From NCBI GenBank assembly GCA_902596925.1, contig CACJVT010000003.1, positions 29,903-93,902 on the forward strand: a stretch of DNA of 64,000 nucleotides, given 5' to 3'. How positions within the stretch are numbered: position 1 is the stretch's first letter; each line of letters begins with the position of its first letter. This document shows, one piece after another, positions 9,971-18,397 of the stretch. The translations under genes were made by a program, and so were the position numbers. The DNA comes from an uncultured Pelagibacteraceae bacterium. GTDB lineage: Bacteria > Pseudomonadota > Alphaproteobacteria > Pelagibacterales > Pelagibacteraceae. Below the pieces are notes generated by a model, which saw only the letters and a list, made by a program, of their open reading frames with translations, ran no database searches and was not told where the DNA came from.

Positions 9971-10967
9971 TATTTGAGTACGCCTTTACTATTTTTGATA
10001 CAAGTGGATGTCTAACTACATCTGAGTGATCAAAATCAACTATTGATATCTCTTTTAAATGTCCAAGTAATTCTTTTGATCTTACTAATCCTGACATATT
10101 TTTGTTAGGTAGATCAATTTGTGTTGGATCTCCATTTACTACAATTTTTGAATTTTCACCTATACGAGTAAGAAACATTTTGATCTGAGTATCAGTTGCA
10201 TTTTGTGCTTCATCTAAAATTGCAAAGGAATTTTTAAGAGTTCGACCTCTCATAAAAGCTAATGGTGCTATTTCTATATCTCCAATTTCAATCATTCTTT
10301 GGATTTTTTCGAAATCGAAAAGATCATATAAAGAGTCATACAAAGGTCTTAGATAGGGGTCCACTTTCTCTTTCATGTCACCAGGCAAGAAACCTAGACG
10401 TTCTCCGGCCTCAACTGCAGGTCTCGATAAAATTATTCTTTCAATCTTTTTCTCCAAAAGCATAGTTAAACCAACAGCAACAGCCAAAAACGTCTTACCT
10501 GTTCCTGCTGGTCCAGCAGAAATTACAATATCACTTTGTCTTAAAGCTCTGACATAATTCTTTTGTTTTTCAGATCTAGGAATTATAGATTTTTTAGGAG
10601 TTTTAATTATATCAGTAACATTATTGTTTTTTATTTTTTCATTAATCATAAATTTGTCTACCGAAGAAAGTATATCTTTATTTTCGATATTTCCATTATT
10701 AATAAATTGGTTAACTAAAAATTGAATCGCATTCTTTACTTTTTCATTTGTTTCTGAATCTGATTTTATAAGAATAGAATTTCCCCTTGAATATAAACTA
10801 CATTTTGTAATTTTTTCAAGTTCTTGTAAATTTTTATTAAATTCGCCAACAACACCCATTAACAAATCGTTATCATGAAATATTACGCTTAAAGAGTTAT
10901 TGTCCGAGTAAACAAACTTTATTGCCTGATCAATATTTTTTTTTGTTATTCCACTCAAATTATGCAA
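9957..10967 (-). CDS. phoH: PhoH-family ATPase
   Basis: GPAGTGKT, RPAVEAGERLGFLPG, APLAFMRGRTL, ILDEAQN, DVVRHPLV. Confidence 0.96.
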   Translation of the reverse strand: MHNLSGITKKNIDQAIKFVYSDNNSLSVIFHDNDLLMGVVGEFNKNLQELEKITKCSLYSRGNSILIKSDSETNEKVKNAIQFLVNQFINNGNIENKDILSSVDKFMINEKIKNNNVTDIIKTPKKSIIPRSEKQKNYVRALRQSDIVISAGPAGTGKTFLAVAVGLTMLLEKKIERIILSRPAVEAGERLGFLPGDMKEKVDPYLRPLYDSLYDLFDFEKIQRMIEIGDIEIAPLAFMRGRTLKNSFAILDEAQNATDTQIKMFLTRIGENSKIVVNGDPTQIDLPNKNMSGLVRSKELLGHLKEISIVDFDHSDVVRHPLVSKIVKAYSNNDKS

Positions 10968-12288
10968 CTTTCTGATTAGAATTATCTACAATTTCACCAA
11001 ATAAAGTACTTCTATTACTTTTACTAATTTTTACTTGCACAATTTTTCCAATATCACTTTTCTTACCATCAAAGATTACTGATGTCATGTGCTTAGATCT
11101 TCCAAATGTTTTAGTTTTATCTTCTGTGAAATTTTCAACTAACACTTCGACAATACTGTTTTCTAAAGACTTGTTCCTTTGGATCTGATTTTCAAACAAC
11201 TCATTTTGAACTATTTCTAACCTTTCAAATGAAGTTTTTTTATCAATTAAATTTAAATTTTCTGAAACGGTTCCAGGTCTAGGGCTAAAGATATATGAAT
11301 AAGAATTTATAAACTTTACTTTTTTAATTAAATTTAAAGTATCCTCAAAGTCCTGATTTTCCTCCCCAGGGTAAGCTATTATAAAATCACTTGAAAATTC
11401 TATTTTTGAATTAATTTCTTTGAGCTTATTAAATGTTTCGAGGTAATTCTCAATAGAATGATTTCTATTCATTAATTTTAATATTTTATTTGATCCACTC
11501 TGCACTGGTAAATGTACAAGTGGCATAAGTTTATTTGAACATTTATAAACTTCAATCAGGTCATTGGTCATATCTTTTGGATGAGATGTTGTATATCTTA
11601 CTCTTTTAATATCTTTTAATTTTTCAATACTTAATATTAAATCTGACAAGCGAAAACCATTACTTTCATAAGCGTTAACATTTTGACCTAACAAAGTTAT
11701 TTCTCTTACGCCATTATCTGCTAAATATTTTGCTTCATCCAAAATTTGACTAGGTGGTCTTGAGTACTCTGGTCCTCTTGTGTAAGGTACTACACAAAAA
11801 TGACAGAACTTATCGCAGCCTTCTTGAATTGTTAAAAAGGATGAAACTTTTTCTATTTTATTTTTTATTTTACTCAAATATTCAAATTTTGTAACAGCAT
11901 CAAACTCTGTTTCCTCAAGTTTTCTTTTTTTTTCAACGTAATTTAAAATTGTATCATTAATTTTATGGTAAGCTTGAGGACCTATTACCAAATCAATGAA
12001 AGGCTCTCTTTTTAGCATTTCTTGATGCTCTGCTTGAGCAACACAGCCTGTAATAATAACTAATGGTTTTTTTTTAAATCTAAAAATTTTTTTTACTCTA
12101 CCTATTTCGGAATAGACTTTTTCTTTAGCTTTATCTCTTATATGACATGTGTTTAACAAATAACAATTAGCATCCTCGTATTTTTCTGTCTTTTCATAAC
12201 CAATTTTTTTAACAGTATCTAATATTCTATTGGAGTCATACTCATTCATTTGACATCCAAAAGTTTTAATGAAAATTTTTTGATTCAT
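10960..12288 (-). CDS. miaB: tRNA-2-methylthio-N6-dimethylallyladenosine synthase
   Basis: TFGCQMNEYDS, NTCHIRDKA, radical SAM CDKFCHFC, C-terminal TRAM domain. Confidence 0.97.
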   Translation of the reverse strand: MNQKIFIKTFGCQMNEYDSNRILDTVKKIGYEKTEKYEDANCYLLNTCHIRDKAKEKVYSEIGRVKKIFRFKKKPLVIITGCVAQAEHQEMLKREPFIDLVIGPQAYHKINDTILNYVEKKRKLEETEFDAVTKFEYLSKIKNKIEKVSSFLTIQEGCDKFCHFCVVPYTRGPEYSRPPSQILDEAKYLADNGVREITLLGQNVNAYESNGFRLSDLILSIEKLKDIKRVRYTTSHPKDMTNDLIEVYKCSNKLMPLVHLPVQSGSNKILKLMNRNHSIENYLETFNKLKEINSKIEFSSDFIIAYPGEENQDFEDTLNLIKKVKFINSYSYIFSPRPGTVSENLNLIDKKTSFERLEIVQNELFENQIQRNKSLENSIVEVLVENFTEDKTKTFGRSKHMTSVIFDGKKSDIGKIVQVKISKSNRSTLFGEIVDNSNQKVA

Positions 12289-12729
12289 TTATTGAGGCTT
12301 TTTTTTAACCCCATATAATTCCAATTTATGATCTACTAATTTATAACCGTATTTTTCAGCAACTTTTTTTTGAAGTTTCTCTATCTCATCATCAACAAAT
12401 TCTATGATCTCACCTGTTTTGATATCTATCAAATGATCATGATGGCTTTCAATCATTGCTTCATATCTGGCCTTTCCGCCTTTAAAATCGTGTTTTGTTA
12501 AAATCCCAGCCTCTTCAAATAATTTTACTGTCCTATAAACCGTAGCAATACTTATTTTTGGATCAACTTTCGAAACACGGTTATAAAGCTCATCTACATC
12601 CGGGTGATCAGACTCTCCATACTCAGACTTTGACTCGGAAATTATTTTTGCAATAATTTTTCTTTGCTCTGTAAGTTTAACGCCTTTAGCTAAACACTTT
12701 TGTTCAATTGTATCTGCTGTATCTGACAT
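12289..12729 (-). CDS. fur: Fur-family transcriptional regulator
   Basis: LTEQRK, HPDVDELY, SIATVYRTVKLFEEAGI, HHDHLID motifs. Confidence 0.92.
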   Translation of the reverse strand: MSDTADTIEQKCLAKGVKLTEQRKIIAKIISESKSEYGESDHPDVDELYNRVSKVDPKISIATVYRTVKLFEEAGILTKHDFKGGKARYEAMIESHHDHLIDIKTGEIIEFVDDEIEKLQKKVAEKYGYKLVDHKLELYGVKKKPQ

Positions 12730-12737
12730 ACTTAATT

Positions 12738-13124
12738 TTAACTTATATAATAAGGTTTAATCAAATTTTTTTTGAGGTTAAATTTACTGCAAAGATGCGG
12801 TATATTTTCGTATTTAATATCAATTTCATTCTCAAAGTCCTTAAAACTAAAGCAATAATAATCAATTTTTTTAATCTTATGAATTGCTTTAATTGTTGAT
12901 AAAGAATTTCGAATACCTGCAAAACTACCAGGACCTCTATTTATATAAATTGACTCAATATCACTGATCTCTAAATTATTATTTTTTAAAAAATCAACTA
13001 GTAAAACAATCAGTTTTTCATAATTATTTTTGCTATTTTCATGAGTAACACTATAAGTATTATTATTATTAATGATCATAAAAAAAATATTGTCCTTTAC
13101 AGCATCTACAATCAATTTATTCAT
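12738..13124 (-). CDS. tsaB: Short (128 aa) tRNA t6A biosynthesis protein TsaB-like
   Basis: IYINRGPGSFAGIR matches the TsaB GPGSFTG.R motif. Start placed at ATG 13124 (MNKLIVDAV..., resembling the TsaB N-terminus). The upstream 49 aa in the track are antisense to the deacetylase. Confidence 0.8.
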   Translation of the reverse strand: MNKLIVDAVKDNIFFMIINNNNTYSVTHENSKNNYEKLIVLLVDFLKNNNLEISDIESIYINRGPGSFAGIRNSLSTIKAIHKIKKIDYYCFSFKDFENEIDIKYENIPHLCSKFNLKKNLIKPYYIS

Positions 13125-14127
13125 TTTTTTAATTATATTGACTTTTAACTCGAACGCACAAGAAAATAATGTAAGGTATTTTTCCAATGATGAGGGTGTA
13201 CTATCTATTATGTACCATCGATTTGATGAATTTAAATACCCATCAACAAATATATCGATGGATGTTTTCAAGGAACATGTTGATCTTATTTTAGATGCTA
13301 ACTTAACCTTTTATCATCCAAAAGATTTTGTAAATGATTTTGATGTTCCAAAAAAAGAAAAAAAGATTCTTCTTACTGTTGATGATGCATTTCAGTCCTT
13401 TTACGATAATGCCTGGCCTTACCTGAAAAAAAATCAAATTCCATTTATATTATTTGTCTCCACTGAACCTGTTGGTAACAATGGATACATGAATTGGGAT
13501 CAGATTAAAGAAATTGAAAGTAGTGAATTCGGGGTTATTGGGCATCATTCACACTCTCACGATTATTTAATTGATAAAACAGAGGAAGTTTTTTTAAATG
13601 ACATAAAAACATCTAATCTAATTTTTAAAGAAAAATTAGGATATGTACCAACTTTATTTTCTTATCCATTTGGAGAATACTCAGAATTTATGAGAGATTA
13701 TATATCTCAAAATTTCAAAATTGCATTTGGACAACATTCAGGAATTATTGATGTAAATAAAAATAGATTTGAACTTCCACGATTTCCTATAAATGAAAAA
13801 TATGGAGAAATTAAAAGATTTAAATCAATAATAAACTATTTCCCTCTTGAATATAAAAACTTAGAACCGCAAGAAAAAAAATTATCGAAAAAAAATAACC
13901 CACCAAAATTTAAAGTAGAATTTTTTGAAAATCAGAAAAATATTGAAAATATTAACTGCTATTCCAATGAAGGAGATAAATGGATGAAATCAAATATTAA
14001 ACTTGTTGAAAAAGAACTTACAATAGAATTTAGAGAACCATTTTTACCAAGAAGAGGTAGAATTAATTGTTCTGTGAATGACAACGGCAAATGGAGATGG
14101 TTTGGAACACAATTTATTATTAGATAA
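13072..14127 (+). CDS. Secreted polysaccharide deacetylase (CE4/NodB homology) with an extra C-terminal domain
   Basis: Signal peptide (...NSNA-QE), SIMYHRF, LLTVDDAF, GHHSHSH, FSYPFGE motifs. Confidence 0.9.
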   Translation: MIIKKILSFTASTINLFIFLIILTFNSNAQENNVRYFSNDEGVLSIMYHRFDEFKYPSTNISMDVFKEHVDLILDANLTFYHPKDFVNDFDVPKKEKKILLTVDDAFQSFYDNAWPYLKKNQIPFILFVSTEPVGNNGYMNWDQIKEIESSEFGVIGHHSHSHDYLIDKTEEVFLNDIKTSNLIFKEKLGYVPTLFSYPFGEYSEFMRDYISQNFKIAFGQHSGIIDVNKNRFELPRFPINEKYGEIKRFKSIINYFPLEYKNLEPQEKKLSKKNNPPKFKVEFFENQKNIENINCYSNEGDKWMKSNIKLVEKELTIEFREPFLPRRGRINCSVNDNGKWRWFGTQFIIR

Positions 14128-14133
14128 TAATTT

Positions 14134-15216
14134 TTAAATTAAACTTTCTAACTCAATACTTGAGGGTAATAACTTTGCATCGTCAAAATCTTTTAAATTG
14201 TTTTGTTGAATAATCTTTTGTAAAACTTTCACATATTCATTTCCTGTTTCAGCGTATTTATCTAAATACTCTGATAAGATCATACTGTCTAATGTTTCAC
14301 CTAAATCTCTTAACTTTGCTCTCGCCAATCTAAAATCTTCATAACTTGAGTGTGTATTAATATTTCTTTGGTAAGCTCTCACAGACGCTTGCAAAACATT
14401 AAATTTCATTACTTTGTGACCTTCATTTTTTTCAGCATCTTTTGGTTTTAATCCCTCTCCTGACCAAGTCCATTGTCCAAATAAAGCATTTCCCTGTTGT
14501 GCAAATCTTGAAGTTCCCCAGCCTGTCTCTTTAGCAGCTTGAGCAAGTGCTAATGAAACCGGGACTATATCCATTCTTCTTTTTAAAATTGATAAATCTT
14601 TTGAGGGTATACCGTATTGTTTATATTTTCTTTCTAACCATTGTTTCTCGGATTTTGAGTTGTTATTTTTATTAATTATACTGAATAATCTTTTTCTATC
14701 TAATTTGATGTTTTTATTTTCCTCTAAAATTAATGGCAATACTATTTGTATAAAGAATTCTTTTCTCTTTTTTACGCTTTCAATCATCTTTATTTCTGCT
14801 GGAAGTAAAGTTAAAGCTATAGGCTTAACTAATTTTTTTTTTCTTACATCATCAAGCTTATAATCTGTGTCCTCAAAAAGCTGTTTAATTGTTGAAGCAT
14901 CTAATCTTACTGTATCCGTTTCTTGGTCGTTTAAACTATAAATATCGATTAAAAGATCATCTTCATTAAGTGTTAGTGAATTTGAAGATTTTGAGGATTT
15001 TTTATTAAGGGTATATGCAAGTATTGCTTTTGAATTATTCTGAATTCCAGCCGAACTTTCAATCTTATTGCTCGTAAAATTAATAATAATTGGTAAAGAA
15101 TAAAAAAATAAGATAACAAGCGCACTGCTCAAGATAATTCTTGGAAGTGAACTTAGGTTATTTTCATCAAAAACTCTTAATGGTTTTATTCTATTTTTTT
15201 TAAAGATCTTTCTCAT
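14134..15216 (-). CDS. Bax-like glucosaminidase-domain protein (GH73-related peptidoglycan hydrolase), membrane anchored
   Basis: N-terminal TM helix, KKEFF..VLP, LALAQAAKETGWGTSRFAQQGNALFGQW, YAETGNEY motifs. Confidence 0.85.
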   Translation of the reverse strand: MRKIFKKNRIKPLRVFDENNLSSLPRIILSSALVILFFYSLPIIINFTSNKIESSAGIQNNSKAILAYTLNKKSSKSSNSLTLNEDDLLIDIYSLNDQETDTVRLDASTIKQLFEDTDYKLDDVRKKKLVKPIALTLLPAEIKMIESVKKRKEFFIQIVLPLILEENKNIKLDRKRLFSIINKNNNSKSEKQWLERKYKQYGIPSKDLSILKRRMDIVPVSLALAQAAKETGWGTSRFAQQGNALFGQWTWSGEGLKPKDAEKNEGHKVMKFNVLQASVRAYQRNINTHSSYEDFRLARAKLRDLGETLDSMILSEYLDKYAETGNEYVKVLQKIIQQNNLKDFDDAKLLPSSIELESLI

Positions 15217-15219
15217 ATA

Positions 15220-15759
15220 TCAAATAGCCTCGACCTTTTTTACCTCTGGTAAATAATGACATAAGAGATTTTGAACACCTTGTTTAAGAGTCATTGTGGA
15301 GCTAGGACAGCCGGAACAACTCCCTTGTAATTGAACTTTAACAACTCCATCTTTAAACTCTTTAAATTTAATATCTCCCCCATCTCTTGCTATTGCCGGA
15401 CGAATTTTCTCCTCAAGTAGTTGTATTATTCGTTTCTCAATCTCACCAAAGCTCTCGTTTTGTTCGTTTAAATCTTTATTAATGACTAATTCTTTCCCTG
15501 ATGCATAAAATTCATTAATATGTGAAATCACAATATGCTTGATGTCTTCCCAAGAATTTTCATCATTTTTATTAACTGAAATAAAATCTTTACTTAAAAA
15601 AATTCCCTCTACACCATTTACTGAAAGAATATTTCTAATAAGCTCGTTATTTACATTATCACTTTTATTTACTTCAAATGATCCCGCACTAGAAACTACC
15701 TTACCTGGTATGAATTTTAACGAATTAGGATTTGGTGTTATCTCAGTCTGAACAAACAT
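15220..15759 (-). CDS. Nfu/NifU-family Fe-S cluster carrier
   Basis: N-terminal TEITPNPNSLKF domain and C-terminal RPAIARDGGD...GSCSGCPSS (CxxC). Confidence 0.93.
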   Translation of the reverse strand: MFVQTEITPNPNSLKFIPGKVVSSAGSFEVNKSDNVNNELIRNILSVNGVEGIFLSKDFISVNKNDENSWEDIKHIVISHINEFYASGKELVINKDLNEQNESFGEIEKRIIQLLEEKIRPAIARDGGDIKFKEFKDGVVKVQLQGSCSGCPSSTMTLKQGVQNLLCHYLPEVKKVEAI

Positions 15760-15812
15760 AAATTATATATAAGCAATATTTAAAAAAATGGTACTGCTTT
15801 ATGAAAATATCA

Positions 15813-16814
15813 TCAAAAACCTACAATTTCGTGAATTTTTTTTATTTTTTTTGAGGCAATTTCATTAGCTTTTTCGTATCCATCTTTAAGTATTTTTTCT
15901 AAAAAAACTTTATCGTCTAACAGCTCATTAATTTTTAATGAAATTGGATTGATTTCATTAATAACTACCTCTGATAATTTTTCTTTAAATTCTGAAAAAT
16001 TTTTTCCAGCGAATTCATCAATCGATTTTTGAAGTGTATTATTCATCAAACTTGAGTAAATACCGATTAAATTTTTAGCCTCGGGCCTTTTTTCTAACTC
16101 TTCAATTTTGTTAGGTAAGGGCAAAGTATCGGTTTTTGCTTTTTTAATCTTATTTATTATTTGATCTTTATCATCAGTTAAATTTATTCTACTCAAGTCT
16201 GATACCTCTGATTTACTCATCTTTTTAAGACCATCCTTTAAACTCATAATTCTTGAAAATTCTTTTTTAATTAAAGGTTCTGGGACTATAAAAAAATTTT
16301 CGATTTTATAATCATTATTAAATTTTTGTGCTATATCGCGACATAACTCCAAATGTTGTTTTTGATCATCTCCAACTGGTACATGTGTTGAGTCATATAA
16401 TAAAATGTCAGCTGCCATTAAAACAGGATACGAATAAAGACCGATACTTGCTTTTTCTTTATCCTTCCCAGCTTTTTCCTTAAATTGAGTCATCCTATTT
16501 AACCATCCCATTCTTGCAACACAGCTTAAAATCCACGCTGCCTCTGAGTGAGCACTCACTTGAGATTGATTAAAAATTATATTTTTTTTAGGATCAATTC
16601 CACTAGCAACAAATGTAGCTACTGTCTCATATATATTTGATTTTAAATCTTTTGGATTTTGGCTTACCGTTATTGCATGAAGGTCAACTACACAAAAGAT
16701 ACATTCATTTTGAGTATCATTGTTTAAGTCAACAAAATTTTTAATGGCTCCTAAATAATTTCCTAAGTGAAGATTTCCAGTAGGTTGAACACCGGAGAAA
16801 ATTTTTTTTTTCAT
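15813..16814 (-). CDS. trpS: Tryptophanyl-tRNA synthetase
   Basis: SGVQPTGNLHLGNY (HIGH-like), YPVLMAADIL, VPVGDDQKQH, KKMSKS. Confidence 0.99.
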   Translation of the reverse strand: MKKKIFSGVQPTGNLHLGNYLGAIKNFVDLNNDTQNECIFCVVDLHAITVSQNPKDLKSNIYETVATFVASGIDPKKNIIFNQSQVSAHSEAAWILSCVARMGWLNRMTQFKEKAGKDKEKASIGLYSYPVLMAADILLYDSTHVPVGDDQKQHLELCRDIAQKFNNDYKIENFFIVPEPLIKKEFSRIMSLKDGLKKMSKSEVSDLSRINLTDDKDQIINKIKKAKTDTLPLPNKIEELEKRPEAKNLIGIYSSLMNNTLQKSIDEFAGKNFSEFKEKLSEVVINEINPISLKINELLDDKVFLEKILKDGYEKANEIASKKIKKIHEIVGF

Positions 16815-16817
16815 ATT

Positions 16818-18347
16818 CTAATACTTTAATTTAATATCTTGGTAATTAAAAGCTTTGATAAAATATGACACTGCGAAATAAAAAATTATTGTGAATAAAA
16901 CACATAATAATAAATAAGCAGACTTGAAGAAATATGCATAGCTTAATTGATCTTCAAATAATAAGATTAGGTATTGAAAGAAAATACCCATCATAATTGA
17001 TGCAAAAATTATCTTAACAACTTGTTTTAAAAAAGTTTCGTTAAATTCAAATAAATTATTATTTTTTAAATAAATGAATAATATTAAAGAATTAAACCAT
17101 GAGGATATTGTCGTTGCTATAGGAATAATTATAAAACCAATATATTGAAAAAAGTAAATACTTATCAAAATATTTAGCAAAACAGAAACCAAAGAAATAT
17201 AAAATGGAGTTTTGGTATCATGATTTGCAAAAAAAAATGTCGAAAAAACTTTTATTAATGCAAATGCTGGAAGTCCTAAGCCAAAATAATAAAGAGCATT
17301 TGAAGAATTCAAAACTGAATTTTCTGTAAAAGAGCCATATCCAAATAGAGCTGAAATAATTTGTTCAGATCCTATAACTAACGCTACTGAGGCAGGTATA
17401 CTTAAGAACATGCTTAGCTCTAATGCTTTATTTTGAATTAATGATATTTTATTCTTTTTTTTTTGATGAACATGTTTTGAGAGTTGGGGCAGGACAACAA
17501 CACCAATAGCTATTCCAGCTATTGCTAAATTAATTTGGTATATTCTATCTGCATAGTATAGGTATGATACAGCACTTGCTTGGAATGAAGCTATAATTGT
17601 TCCAATCAAAATATTTATTTGAGTAACTCCTGAAGAAAAAATACTTGGTAATAACTTTTTAAAAAAAAATTTTACTTTATTATTAATTTTAAAACTAAAT
17701 TCAAATTTTATGATGTAATATTTTTTTACGAATCTATATAAAAAAATTAATTGTAATAATCCTGCAATAGATATTCCGTATGCAAGATAGTAAATTAATT
17801 CATCGCCTAAATATTTACCAAAAAATAAAACAGAAATTAAAACAATATTTAAAATAATAGGCGCTGCTGAAGCAGCAGCAAATTTATTATGTGAATTTAA
17901 AATTGCACCAAAAAAAGAAGATAGGCTTACAAACAATAAAAAGGGGAAAGTAATTCTTGTTAAAATAGTCGCTAATTCAAACTTTTTAGTATCATCGACA
18001 AAACCTGGTGCTATTAATCCCACAAAAATTGGCATGAAAATTTCAACTACGAGAACTAAAAAAAATAAAACTAAAAATAATAAATTAAAAACATCGTTAG
18101 CAAATTTATTTGATTTAGATTTATTTTTAACTACTTCAGAAGTGTAGCTAGGTACAAAGGCTGAATTAAAAGTTCCCTCAGCAAAAAGTCTTCTAAAAGT
18201 GTTTGGTATTCTAAATGCTACAAAAAAAGCATCAGCTAAAAAACTTGTTCCAAGAAAAATTGCTATCAAAACATCTCTCAAATATCCAAGTAATCTGCTA
18301 ATAATAGTATAGAAACCAAAAGTCCCTGTTGACTTAACTAAATTCAT
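16818..18347 (-). CDS. murJ: Lipid II flippase MurJ (MviN)
   Basis: SRLLGYLRD, AFRIPNTFRRLFAEG, YADRIYQ motifs in a polytopic membrane protein. Confidence 0.96.
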   Translation of the reverse strand: MNLVKSTGTFGFYTIISRLLGYLRDVLIAIFLGTSFLADAFFVAFRIPNTFRRLFAEGTFNSAFVPSYTSEVVKNKSKSNKFANDVFNLLFLVLFFLVLVVEIFMPIFVGLIAPGFVDDTKKFELATILTRITFPFLLFVSLSSFFGAILNSHNKFAAASAAPIILNIVLISVLFFGKYLGDELIYYLAYGISIAGLLQLIFLYRFVKKYYIIKFEFSFKINNKVKFFFKKLLPSIFSSGVTQINILIGTIIASFQASAVSYLYYADRIYQINLAIAGIAIGVVVLPQLSKHVHQKKKNKISLIQNKALELSMFLSIPASVALVIGSEQIISALFGYGSFTENSVLNSSNALYYFGLGLPAFALIKVFSTFFFANHDTKTPFYISLVSVLLNILISIYFFQYIGFIIIPIATTISSWFNSLILFIYLKNNNLFEFNETFLKQVVKIIFASIMMGIFFQYLILLFEDQLSYAYFFKSAYLLLCVLFTIIFYFAVSYFIKAFNYQDIKLKY

Positions 18348-18397
18348 AAATCATATTAGTCTTAAATTTACCTCATTTGTACACCTAATTAAGCTAA

